From positions 40,473,091 through 40,537,090 of the forward strand of contig NC_052164.1 in NCBI RefSeq assembly GCF_902713615.1: a stretch of 64,000 nt of DNA, given 5' to 3'. The notes under the pieces were generated by a model. That model did no database searches, was not told the DNA's origin, and saw nothing but the letters and a program-made list of their open reading frames with translations. Shown here one piece after another: positions 12,565 to 25,371 of this stretch; position 1 is the first letter of the stretch; each line of letters begins with the position of its first letter. The position numbers were made by a program, and so were the translations under genes. This DNA comes from Scyliorhinus canicula. Its lineage: Eukaryota.

Positions 12565-13665
12565 AGATTTCCCATCGATATATTTAATGAAGATTGGGAG
12601 CAATTGTTATTTATTGAAACATTATTTAAACAACCTTTTAATATTTAATTTATGATTCCAATATTTATTTCTGGATGCACTGTATGTTCATGTTTAATTT
12701 TTTTTAAATATTGGTAATTGCGACAGGCGGTGCGAGAAATATATTTATGGCAGTTTTTGTTCCACAATAGACTGTATCCGATGGCAAAGATGTGCCCCGA
12801 ATTGAAGTTTCACAATAAATATTTTGAACTTTGAATTTTATGATGTAATCTTCGTTTCCACATCTATGTTCGTGCCCCTTCGATGCTGTTTTGTTCATCT
12901 TGACTGAAATTTTCAATTCATTGGATGATGGAGGCTGTGCGACCCAGGAGGGAGCATCAATAGCTCCGAGCCTGATGTCCCGGTGTTCAAGTCGCACCTC
13001 CTGTCAGTTTCCTTGTTTCACTCTGCAATGTTTGATTTCTTGAAATCATGTGTAAAGGCAAACAAACATTTATTGGACAGGTCCCGACCATTGAAAATTG
13101 TGATTTTTTTACGGTTCGGTAAATTTTGATTCAGGATGAAACACTTTGGCTAACTTTTACCCGCTACAAAGCGATTGAATTATTCACAACACAAAGTCTA
13201 CTAAATAGAAAGAAAGCAAAATTATTGTCGATAAAAAGTAACAAAATCAGAGCCCATTTAAACCAGTAACAGCCTCAATATATCGGGAAATACAAGTATG
13301 ACCAGAAAACATCAGAGAAAACTGGCTGTGAATCTTAGATTCCCTTTCAGTCGAGGGCAGTCTAACAGAATCAACAGATATTAAGCGGGAGCTAAATTGT
13401 TTTGTTGCCATCAATCGACCAGATGTGAACTGATCGTTTTCGGGAGAATGTTTTCCCATTGTTTTCTGACAATGTAACCATTCTTTTTATGGTGGGAGGG
13501 ATTTCCATTGGGAATTCATCTCATTGCCATGTCCACACACTGATGATCATCTCTTCGCAATAAATGTCATCGTGCAAGCATTTTGTGAGATCCAGTGAAA
13601 CGCAATATAACTGCCGTCTGCATTAATCCCCGAATTTCCCTCCAGTGTTACATTATTTTGCTTAG

Positions 13666-13773
13666 AAAATGAAATGAAAATCGCTTATTGTCACGAGTAG
13701 GCTTCAATGAAGTTACTGTGAAAAGCCCCTAGTCGCCACATTCAGGCGCCTGTTCGGGGAGGCTGGTCCGGGT
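13666..13773 (-). mobile_element. ~110 bp SINE/LINE 3'-tail insertion shared only by units 2 and 3
   Basis: aaaatgaaatgaaaatcgcttattgtcacgagtaggcttcaatgaagttactgtgaaaagccc is absent at the matching site of units 1, 4 and 5. Confidence 0.8.
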
Positions 13774-16700
13774 ATGTGGTCTTTATGGACCACATACAAC
13801 AATGCGTAACATTAAAGCAACAGCATTTTAAAATATGTATACTATTGTGAATACATATAGTGAATAGAAATTCGGCACTGCCACATTATTGTCATTTTCC
13901 ATCTATTTTGGCCATCTACAAGTTTCACTGCTTGTTGCCCCTCCCCCCATTATCGACACAACAATATAGGATTGGTTAATGGAAAGGTATTTGCCCTCTG
14001 CAGTCCAGAATAGTGAAGTAAAGTCGCCATAGCCTCAGATGACCACAGGCTGCTTTGAGGGGGAGAGCTGGCTGGTGGTGATTTAAACTGAGGACCACTA
14101 CATCTCAGTTAGCGGCAAGGTTGAGAAGGGAGGTGGTGGTGGGGGAAGGGAAGGGTGGTTAATGAATAGTGCTGGACTGCAACCAACCAAAGGACGCTGC
14201 TCCGCAACCATCCCTGGACTCAATGGTGAAGCAAGCAGGTCAGTCAGAGCGAAATAAAGGTCTGAAAATTTTGCCACTTCCAGCCAGAACTACCAGGTGG
14301 ATGATCCGTTTTGGCCTCTCCCCGAGGTTCCGAGCAACACAGATGTCAGTCTTCAACTAATTCCATCCACTGCAGGCTGAACGTACTGTGTACAGCAAAG
14401 GCTATGAGTCCCGGCTAACATCCTGAACGAAGAGGACTGAAGGTTCGATCCTCCGGAGCTAGTCACGGTCCAAGCCAGGATGCTCCATGTTCACTATCAT
14501 CGCACTAACCCATCATCTCCATCTCTGTTGTCCTCAATGGTTTCCTGTCCCTTCATATACCATGTTTAAAACCCATGTCTCATCCACACTTCCTCCGTGG
14601 TTTTTCCTTGCCTTATATGGATTCGTTGCTCTTCTGAGATGGGACTGCCCTTCCTGTCACTTCAGTACTGGCGATAGAACATCAAGCTCCCTTCGGCTCT
14701 CTCTTTCTACACTCCAATCCTGATATTCCTGTGCATCTCAATCTCACACATCCCCTCATCAAATTTGTCATCACCCTCCTCTTCCGCAACCCTATGATTG
14801 GGCATTCATTTTTCTACATAGTGTGTCAATTTGTAAAGGTGCCTTAGGGGGCATTTATATCTTAAATGTATCACAAAATGCAAATTGTTGTGCTGTACCT
14901 GCCAGCTGACATCACTGAACCATAAGGAACTGGTTTCTCACGAAGAAACTTTAAAAAATTACATTTTTAGGGGAACACTAATGAGTTTATATTGTCAAAT
15001 TCTTCACTTACTTTTTTGTAATGAACATAAATAATATGGAATATTTGACCATAACCAACCTTATGCATGAAATGCCTTACGTAGTACAGTTGTAAGGCAC
15101 TGCGAACACATAACACACATTGAGGAATTTATTTTTGAAACGTAAAACAAATTCATATCTTAACAGTAGTTCTACCCTGGCTATTTTTTCCCGTTTCATT
15201 TAGAATACGCAATTACTTTTTTTCCAAGTAAGGGCAATTTAGCTTGGCTAATCCACCTACCCTGGACGTCTTTTTGTGTTGTGCGGGTGAGACCTACCCA
15301 GACACGGAGAGAACATGTAAACTCCATATGGACAGTGAATGCTGTGAACAAGATGCTGTGACTAAGTCAAGTTAGCTTTTTGATTAGGTGGTGTGCCCAG
15401 TTGCTATTCTTGACGTGTGGAAATGGTTTCCCATTTGCTTGCAGGATAAAATAAACAATTACTAATTGTGACTTGAAATGAGGTAGCTGCATTGCAATCA
15501 TCTCGCCAGAGATTCAATGATACCCTCGTTTTGAATCCCTTACAATTCTCTTAAATGTATTTTTCAATATCTCAACACTTCCAAGCGTTTGGCCATGATG
15601 AAAGGCAAAGAATGGAGAAATAAGAGTCGTGAAAGACAATGTTCATTGAATAGTTTCTACTGGAGAGAAACGGGGAGCATCAATGATGAGACCCAAGAGA
15701 TAGAAGACACATATCGTGTAAATGTGGTGCAAAAACTGTCACAATGATTCAGAAACACAGTAACATTGGCTAATTATATTATGTAATTGAAACTATTAAA
15801 TATGTTTATTTGACTAAAATGTAGAATATAGCAAGATTAGCAGGAGACATCCATTTAGTCCTTTCAGTCAACTGTTTATGGCAGATCTTCTATGTCTCAT
15901 CTCCCTTAACGATTCCCACATTCCATAATATCGTAAAATCTAACATATAATTGATCAATGGCTCAACATCCAGAAACTCCTTAGGTAGAACATTTCAAAG
16001 ATTTGCAGCATTTTCATTATTTCATGGGATGTGTCCATAATTTGTTGTTCATCCTTAACTATCCTTGGATGTGGTGGTACTGACAATTGAATGGGCTGCG
16101 AGGTCATTTCAGAGGGCAGTTCGGAGCCGACCACATTGCTGTCGGTCAGGAGTCACATGCAGGCCGCACCAGCTGAGAATAGCAAATTCCCGATTCCATG
16201 AAGGACATTGGTGCATCTGATGTGATTTTATGATAACTAAGGACAGGTTAATGGTGACCCTTAATGCGATTGCTTTTCAATTTCAGGTGCATTAATTGAA
16301 TGTATATTCCATTATGTCTCCAGTTCTTTAGCCTGGCCCACCAGATTACTGCTCCAGAGAAATTGCCACCACACAATCATTCCCCGTACGTTTCGTACTT
16401 TGGAAATTTCCCCTCAACTCTTTTATAACTGCGGCAGTTACACTTTGTTCGAGATTCTCCGGCAAGGAGATACTTGCCCAATATTTATCATATCAAATGC
16501 TTAAACATTTTACAAGTTCCAATGGTATCACCTCTCATTCTCTTAGATTCCACGGATTGTATGTGCATCATCTCAATCTCCCATCCCAGGAGTAGGTTTG
16601 CTCGTGTATCCCTGCTTAGGAAAAGAGACAGAAACTAATACTTTAAACATTCTAGTAAATGCGCACGCACGCAGTGACCTGAGCAGTTTCCCATGAAAGA

Positions 16701-17147
16701 TTGTACCGCATTTTAGGGTCAAAAATATATAAAATGATTTTTAAAAAACAATTCCTATCAGAGCCTGGAGTGCAAAGGGGCAACAGATGTGAACTTTTGG
16801 GCAAAAGCTTTTGATATCGATGAATATTTTCGCATCCTAACTTATAAGAGAGAATTCTCTCCCTGTTAATTGAGCAGAAAGTGAAAAAGATTTCAAATTG
16901 AAGAAGTCACTGATGGAAAGAGGTTAAAAGATTCCCTGAAAACACATCGCGGTTAGAAGCAAAATCGATCCCTTTCTGTAACGTCAAAGGAATATCCTGG
17001 TTTACACCTTAAAATGGACACAGCTCACCCAGGAGGAATACTCCTCAGTCCAACTGCGAAGGAGTTCAGGTCGTGTGAATATTGCGTTCGGCGCTGAAGC
17101 CGGTCCAGCCACTTTCTATCATTTCTGATCTTTGCTCTTGTTTAAAC

Positions 17148-18977
17148 ATGAATTTTCCAAGTGTTCGGGGCGTGTGGACTTTGTTAATCTTGTTACCCGG
17201 GGTCTTGAGCCAGGACTGCCAGAGGCTGCAGTTACAGGAAGTCTTCAACAAGGATGCTCAAAATTCCCTGAAGATCATGGTGAGTTTGGACAGAGATCCG
17301 GTGATTAGAGTAACGAATTTTAACTCGCAGATCCTCGGGAAAATCCCGGATTCAACCGTTCTGAGAAAAATGTAGAACATCTCCGTGATGGAATACACCA
17401 TGTAGTATTCAAATGTGGGAGGAATCGTGTGAAAATTATATGAAGAGTGATTCAGTTCTATGGCCAGTTAAATATGTTGTAGGTCAAATCTTTAAGCAAA
17501 TTGTTGAATGTCTGTTCCGCTTTTGGGGAGAATAATTTCTGAGAAAGTGTGCTTCGAGCTTGTTCTGACATTATTCTGCCCTGTTGTAGGGAGGACCCTT
17601 TCCATTGGAGTGCAAAACAACGAGAGAATCGCTGAGAACCAAATCCCTGAACCTGCACCATCTCGTCAAGAGGTTACAGGTGAGTGTGCACGTTGTAAAC
17701 TCTCTGACCATCCTGCTAATACTGTCAGGCGTAATAGTCATGTGGGGAAGGCAGCGAGATCCTCAACAATGAGAACAATGTTGATTTCCGTAAAATTCCT
17801 ACAATGCAGAAGGGGGCCATTCATCCCAAGGAATCTGCACTGACCAGCTGAAAGAGCGGCCCACCCTGGTCCACTCCCCAGCCCCATAACATCCCTGGAC
17901 AGCAAGAGGTAATTTAACGGTCAATCCACCTAACCTGCACACCTTTGGACTGTGGGAGGAAACTGGAGCACCCAGAGGAACCCCACGCACATACCGTGAG
18001 AACATGCAAACTCCACACAGCCAAAGTCGAAATCGAACCCAGGTTCCTGTGCTAACCACTGTGCCACTGAGAAATTCTAATGTTGAGCCTTTTGGGGATG
18101 AACTTTGTAACCTGTAATCCTGCTAATACTGGAAGGCGTAATAGTCATGTGTGTGTGTGGTGGTGGTGGTGGTGGGGGCGCCGGGGTGGGGTGGGGGGAG
18201 GAGGGCGGTGTACCCACCTCCGCAAAAATACGAACCATGAGTCCAAAATTTTAATGTTGAATGATTGGGGGGGGGGGGGGGGGGCAGACGGACCAGCTGC
18301 CGAACAGTTTGATATTCTTCTCTCCATTTACCCCAAATTGCTAACAGTATCAGGTTAGCTAATCAAAGGGGAAGATACCAGTAACCAATTTGAGATTGAT
18401 CAAATTGTCACCAGCAATAGCGATGCCGACCATTTCAAATCGAGCTCCTTACAGATTTACCGATGCACGTGTCAATTAAAATAACCAGTTCAAGGAGAAA
18501 TATCCTCTCTAATGTCATTGTGTATATTTTCCTCAGACACAGGACAGGATCCAGATTGTCCATCAGACCCTACGTCACATCAGCAAGATCTACAGCATGA
18601 ACCTGGGCTCAGTCACCTGGGCCCGGGACAAGGTGGAACATTTCCGGCTTCTCCTGGACCGACAGCTCAGTGAGCTGGAAGAATGTGTCAGGAAACCGGG
18701 ATCCAGTCTGAGGAGAAACTCCGCCATTCATAATTACTTTCGGAAACTGGAAAAGTTTCTCAATCAGGAGGTGGGACAATTGATAAGTGCCTGAGTGATT
18801 ACTGGCTTGTCGATCATTTCAACCCATTGGAATCTGTTCATTCTCTAATACATTTTCCCCAATGTTTCCATTTTTCAGGGATTCAGTGACTGTGCCTGGG
18901 AAATAATCCGCACTGAGACCAGGGCCCGATTACAACAGCTCCTTTTCATAACGGCACAAATCAGCAGAAGGAATTAA
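17148..18977 (+). CDS. Type I interferon, copy 3 (exons 17148-17279, 17590-17679, 18537-18770, 18879-18977; 184 aa)
   Basis: Intact ORF. W7R in the signal peptide; mature peptide identical to copy 2. Confidence 0.95.
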
Positions 18978-20071
18978 AGATTTCCCATCGATATATTTAA
19001 TGAAGATTGGGAGCAATTGTTATTTATTGAAACATTATTTAAACAACCTTTTAATATTTAATTTATGATTCCAATATTTATTTCTGGATGCACTGTATGT
19101 TCATGTTTAATTTTTTTTAAATATTGGTAATTGCGACAGGCGGTGCGAGAAATATATTTATGGCAGTTTTTGTTCCACAATAGACTGTATCCGATGGCAA
19201 AGATGTGCCCCGAATTGAAGTTTCACAATAAATATTTTGAACTTTGAATTTTATGATGTAATCTTCGTTTCCACATCTATGTTCGTGCCCCTTCGATGCT
19301 GTTTTGTTCATCTTGACTGAAATTTTCAATTCATTGGATGATGGAGGCTGTGCGACCCAGGAGGGAGCACCAATAGCTCCGAGCCTGATGTCCCGGTGTT
19401 CAAGTCGCACCTCCTGTCAGTTTCCTTGTTTCACTCTGCAATGTTTGATTTCTTGAAATCATGTGTAAAGGCAAGCAAACATTTATTGGACAGGTCCCGA
19501 CCATTGAAAATTGTGATTTTTTTTTACGGTTCGGTGAATTTTGATTCAGGATGAAACACTTTGGCTAACTTTTACCCGCTACAAAGCGATTGAATTATTC
19601 ACAACACAAAGTCTACTAAATAGAAAGAAAGCAAAATTATTGTCGATAAAAATAACAAAATCAGAGCCCATTTAACAGCCTCAATATATCGGGAAATACA
19701 AGTATGACCAGAAAAAATCAGAGAAAACTGGCTGTGAATCTTAGATTCCCTTTCAGTCGAGGGCAGTCTAACAGAATCAACAGATATTAAGCGGGAGCTA
19801 AATTGTTTTGTTGCCATCAATCGACCAGATGTGAACTGATCGTTTTCGGGAGAATGTTTGCCCATTGTTTTCTGACAATGTAACCATTCTTTTTATGGTG
19901 GGAGGGATTTCCATTGGGAATTCATCTCATTGCCATGTCCACACACTGATGATCATCTCTTCGCAATAAATGTCATCGTGCAAGCATTTTGTGAGATCCA
20001 GTGAAACGCAGTATAACTGCCGTCTGCATTAATCCCCGAATTTCCCTCCAGTGCTACATTATTTTGCTTAG

Positions 20072-20178
20072 AAAATGAAATGAAAATCGCTTATTGTCAC
20101 GAGTAGGCTTCAATGAAGTTACTGTGAAAAGCCCCTAGTCGCCACATTCAGGCGCCTGTTCGGGGAGGCTGGTACGGG
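20072..20178 (-). mobile_element. Second copy of the ~110 bp SINE/LINE 3'-tail insertion (unit 3)
   Basis: Nearly identical to 13666-13773 and at the same unit position. Confidence 0.8.
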
Positions 20179-23100
20179 TATGTGGTCTTTATGGACCACA
20201 TACAACAATGCGTAACATTAAAGCAACAGCATTTTAAAATATGTATACTATTGTGAATACACATAGTGAATAGAAATTCGGCACTGCCACATTATTGTCA
20301 TTTTCCATCTATTTTGGCCATCTACAAGTTTTACTGCTTGTTGCCCCTCCCCCCATTATCGACACAACAATATAGGATTGGTTTATGGAAAGGTATTTGC
20401 CCTCCGCAGTCCAGAATAGTGAAGTAAAGTCGCCATAGCCTCAGATGACCACAGGCTGCTTTGAGGGGGAGAGCTGGCTGGTGGTGATTTAAACTGAGGA
20501 CCACTACATCTCAGTTAGCGGCAAGGTTGAGAAGGGAGGTGGTGGTGGGGGAAGGGAAGGGTGGTTAATGAATAGTGCTGGACTGCAACCAACCAAAGGA
20601 CGCTGCTCCGCAACCATCCCTGGACTCAATGGTGAAGCAAGCAGGTCAGTCAGAGCGAAATAAAGGTCTGAAAATGTTGCCACTTTCAGCCAGAACTACC
20701 AGGTGGATGATCCGTTTTGGCCTCTCCCCGAGGTTCCGAGCAACACAGATGTCAGTCTTCAACTAATTCCATCCACTGCAGGCTGAACGTACTGTGTACA
20801 GCAAAGGCTATGAGTCCCGGCTAACATCCTGAACGAAGAGGACTGAAGGTTCGATCCTCCGGAGCTAGTCACGGTCCTAGCCAGGATGCTCCACGTTCAC
20901 TATCATCGCACTAACCCATCATCTCCATCTCTGTTGTCCTCAATGGTTTCCTGTCCCTTCATATACCATGTTTAAAACCCATGTCTCATCCACACTTCCT
21001 CCGTGGCTTTTCCTTGCCTTATATGGATTCGTTGGTCTTCTGAGATGGGACTGCCCTTCCTGTCACTTCAGTACTGGCGATAGAACATCAAGCTCCCTTC
21101 GGCTCTCTCTTTCTACACTCCAATCCTGATATTCCTGTGCATCTCAATCTCACACATCCCCTCATCAAATTTGTCATCACCCTCCTCTTCCGCAACCCTA
21201 TGATTGGGCATTCATTTTTCTACATAGTGTGTCAATTTGTAAAGGTGCCTTAGGGGGCATTTATATCTTAAATGAATCACAAAATGCAAATTGTTGTGCT
21301 GTACCTGCCAGCTGACATCACTGAACCATAAGGAACTGGTTTCTCACGAAGAAACTTTAAAAAATTACATTTTAGGGGAACACTAATGAGTTTATATTGT
21401 CAAATTCTTCACTTACTTTTTTGTAATGAACATAAATAATATGGAATATTTGACCATAACCAACCTTATGCATGAAATGCCTTACGTAGTACAGTTGTAA
21501 GGCACTGCGAACACATAACACACACTGAGAAATTTATTTTTGAAACGTAAAACAAATTCATATCTTGACAGTAGTTCTACTCTGGCTATTTTTTCCCGTT
21601 TCATTTAGAATACGCAATTACTTTTTTTCCAAGTAAGGGCAATTTAGCTTGGCTAATCCACCTACCCTGGACGTCTTTTTGTGTTGTGCGGGTGAGACCT
21701 ACCCAGACACGGAGAGAACATGTAAACTCCATATGGACAGTGAATGCTGTGAACAAGATGCTGTGACTAAGTCAAGCTCGCTTTTTGATAAGGTGCTGTG
21801 CCCAGTTGCTATTCTTGACGTGTGGAAATGGTTTCCCATTTGCTTGCAGGAGAAAATAAACAATTACAAATTGTGACTTGAAATGAGGTAGCTGCATTGC
21901 AATCATCTCGCCAGAGATTCAATGATACCCTCGTTTTGAATCCCTTACAATTCTCTTAAATGTATTTTTCAATATCTCAACACTTCCAAGCGTTTGGCCA
22001 TGATGAAAGGCAAAGAATGGAGAAATAAGAGTCGTGAAAGACAATGTTCATTGAATAGTTTCTACTGGAGAGAAACGGGGAGCATCAATGATGAGACCCA
22101 AGAGATAGAAGACACATATCGTGTAAATGTGGTGCAAAAACTGTCACAATGATTCAGAAACACAGTAACATTGGCTAATTATATTATGTAATTGAAACTA
22201 TTAAATATGTTTATTTGACTAAAATGTAGAATATAGCAAGATTAGCAGGAGACATCCATTTAGTCCTTTCAGTCAACTGTTTATGGCAGATCTTCTATGT
22301 CTCATCTCCCTTAACGATTCCCACATTCCATAATATCGTAAAATCTAACATATAATTGATCAATGGCTCAACATCCAGAAACTCCTTAGGTAGAACATTT
22401 CAAAGATTTGCAGCATTTTCATTATTTCATGGGATGTGTCCATAATTTGTTGTTCATCCTTAACTATCCTTGGATGTGGTGGTACTGACAATTGAATGGG
22501 CTGCGAGGTCATTTCAGAGGGCAGTTCGGAGCCGACCACATTGCTGTCGGTCAGGAGTCACATGCAGGCCGCACCAGCTGAGAATAGCAAATTCCCGATT
22601 CCATGAAGGACATTGGTGCATCTGATGTGATTTTATGATAACTAAGGACAGGTTAATGGTGACCCTTAATGCGATTGCTTTTCAATTTCAGGTGCATTAA
22701 TTGAATGTATATTCCATTATGTCTCCAGTTCTTTAGCCTGGCCCACCAGATTACTGCTCCAGAGAAACTGCCACCACACAATCATTCCCCGTACGTTTCG
22801 TACTTTGGAAATTTCCCCTCAACTCTTTTATAACTGCGGCAGTTACACTTTGTTCGAGATACTCCGGCAGGGAGATACTTGCCCAATATTTATCTTATCA
22901 AATGCTTAAACATTTTACAAGTTCCAATGGTATCACCTCTCATTCTCTTAAATTCCACGGATTGTATGTGCATCTTCTCAATCTCCCATCCCAGGAGTAG
23001 GTTTGCTCGTGTATCCCTGCTTAGGTAAAGAGACAGAAACTAATACTTTAAACATTCTAGTAAATGCGCACGCACGCAGTGACCTGAGCAGTTTCCCATG

Positions 23101-23552
23101 AAAGATTGTACCGCATTTTAGGGTCAAAAATATATGAAATGATTTTTAAAAAACAATTCCTATCAGAGCCTGGAGTGCAAAGGGGCAACAGATGTGAACT
23201 TTTGGGCAAAAGCTTTTGATATCGATGAATATTTTCGCATCCTAACTTATAAGAGAGAATTCTCTCCCTGTTAATTGAGCAGAAAGTGAAAAAGGTTTCA
23301 AATTGAAGAATTCACTGATGGAAAGAGGTTAAAAGATTCCCTGAAAACACATCGCTGTTAGAAGCAAAATCGATCCCTTTCTGTAACGTCAAAGGAATAT
23401 CCTGGTTTACACCTTAAAATGGACACAGCTCACCCAGGAGGAATACTCCTCAGTCCAACTGCGAAGGAGTTCAGGTCGTGTGAATATTGCGTTCGGCGCT
23501 GAACCCGGTCCAGCCACTTTCTATAATTTCTGATCTTTGCTCTTGTTTAAAC

Positions 23553-25371
23553 ATGCATTTTCCAAGTGTTTGGGGCGTGTGGACTTTGTTAATCTTGTTA
23601 CCCGGGGTCTTGAGCCAGGACTGCCAGAGGCTGCAGTTACAGGAAGACTTCAACAAGGATGCTCAAAATTCCCTGAAGATCATGGTGAGTTTGGACAGAG
23701 ATCCGGTGATTAGAGTAACGAATTTTAACTCGCAGATCCTCGGGAAAATCCCGGATTCAACCGTTCTGAGAAAAATGTAGAACATCTCCGTGATGGAATA
23801 CACCACGTAGTATTCAAATGTGGGAGGAATCGTGTGAAAATTATATGAAGAGTGATTCAGTTCTATGGCCAGTTAAATATGTTGTAGGTCAAATCTTTAA
23901 GCAAATTGTTGAATGTCTGTTCCGCTTTTGGGGAGAATAATTTCTGAGAAAGTGTGCTTCGAGCTTGTTCTGACATTATTCTGTCCTGTTGTAGGGAGGA
24001 CCCTTTCCATTGGAGTGCAAAACAACGAGAGAATCTCTGAGAACCAAATCCCTGAACCTGCACCATCTCGTCAAGAGGTTACAGGTGAGTGTGCACGTTG
24101 TAAACTCTCTGACCATCCTGCTAATACTGTCAGGCGTAATAGTCATATGGGGAAGGCAGCGAGATCCTCAACAATGAGAACAATGTTGATTTCCGTAAAA
24201 TTCCTACAATGCAGAAGGGGGCCATTCATCCCAAGGAATCTGCACTGACCAGCTGAAAGAGCGGCCCACCCTGGTCCACTCCCCAGCCCCATAACATCCC
24301 TGGACAGCAAGAGGTAATTTAACGGTCAATCCACCTAACCTGCACACCTTTGGACTGTGGGAGGAAACCGGAGCACCCAGAGGAACCCCACGCACATACC
24401 GGGAAAACATGCAAACTCCACACAGCCAAAGTCGAAATCGAACCCAGGTTCCTGTGCTAATCACTGTGCCACTGAGAAATTCTAATGTTGAGCCTTTTGG
24501 GGATGAACTTTGTAACCTGTAATCCTGCTAATACTGGAAGGCGTAATAGTCATGTGTGTGTGGTGGTGGTGGTGGTGGTGGGGGCGCCGGGGTGGGGTGG
24601 GGGGAGGAGGGCGGTGTACCCACCTCCGCAAAAATAAGAACCATGAGTCCAAAATTTTAATGTTGAATGATTGGGGGGACAGACGGACCAGTTGCCGAAC
24701 AGTTTGATATTCTTCTCTCCATTTACCCCAAATTGCTAACAGTATCAGGTTAGCTAATCAAAGGGGAAGATACCAGTAACCAATTTGAGACTGATCAAAT
24801 TGTCACCAGCAATAGCGATGCCGACCTTTTCAAATCGAGCTCCTTACAGATTTACCGATGCACGTGTCGATTAAAATAACCAGTTCAAGGAGAAATATCC
24901 TCTCTAATGTCATTGTGTATATTTTCCTCAGACACAGGACAGGATCCAGATTGTCCATCAGACCCTACGTCACATCAGCAAGATCTACAGCATGAACCTG
25001 GCCTCAGTCACCTGGGCCCGGGACAAGGTGGAACATTTCCGGCTTCTCCTGGACCGACAGCTCAGTCAGCTGGAAGAATGTGTCAGGAAACCGGGATCCA
25101 GTCTGAGGAGAAACTCCGCCATTCATAATTACTTTCGGAAACTGGAAAAGTTTCTCAATCAGGAGGTGGGACAATTGATAAGTGCCTGAGTGATTACTGC
25201 TTGTCGATCATTTCAACCCATTGGAATCTGTTCATTCTCTAATACATTTTCCCCAATGTTTCCATTTTTCAGGGATTCAGTGACTGTGCCTGGGATATAA
25301 TCCGCACTGAGACCAGGGTCCGATTACAACAGCTCCTTTTCATAACGGCACAAATCAGCAGAAGGAATTAA
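23553..25371 (+). CDS. Type I interferon, copy 4 (exons 23553-23684, 23995-24084, 24932-25165, 25273-25371; 184 aa)
   Basis: Intact ORF with substitutions N2H, QEV>QED, NLG>NLA, SEL>SQL, CAWE>CAWD and TRA>TRV. Confidence 0.95.
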
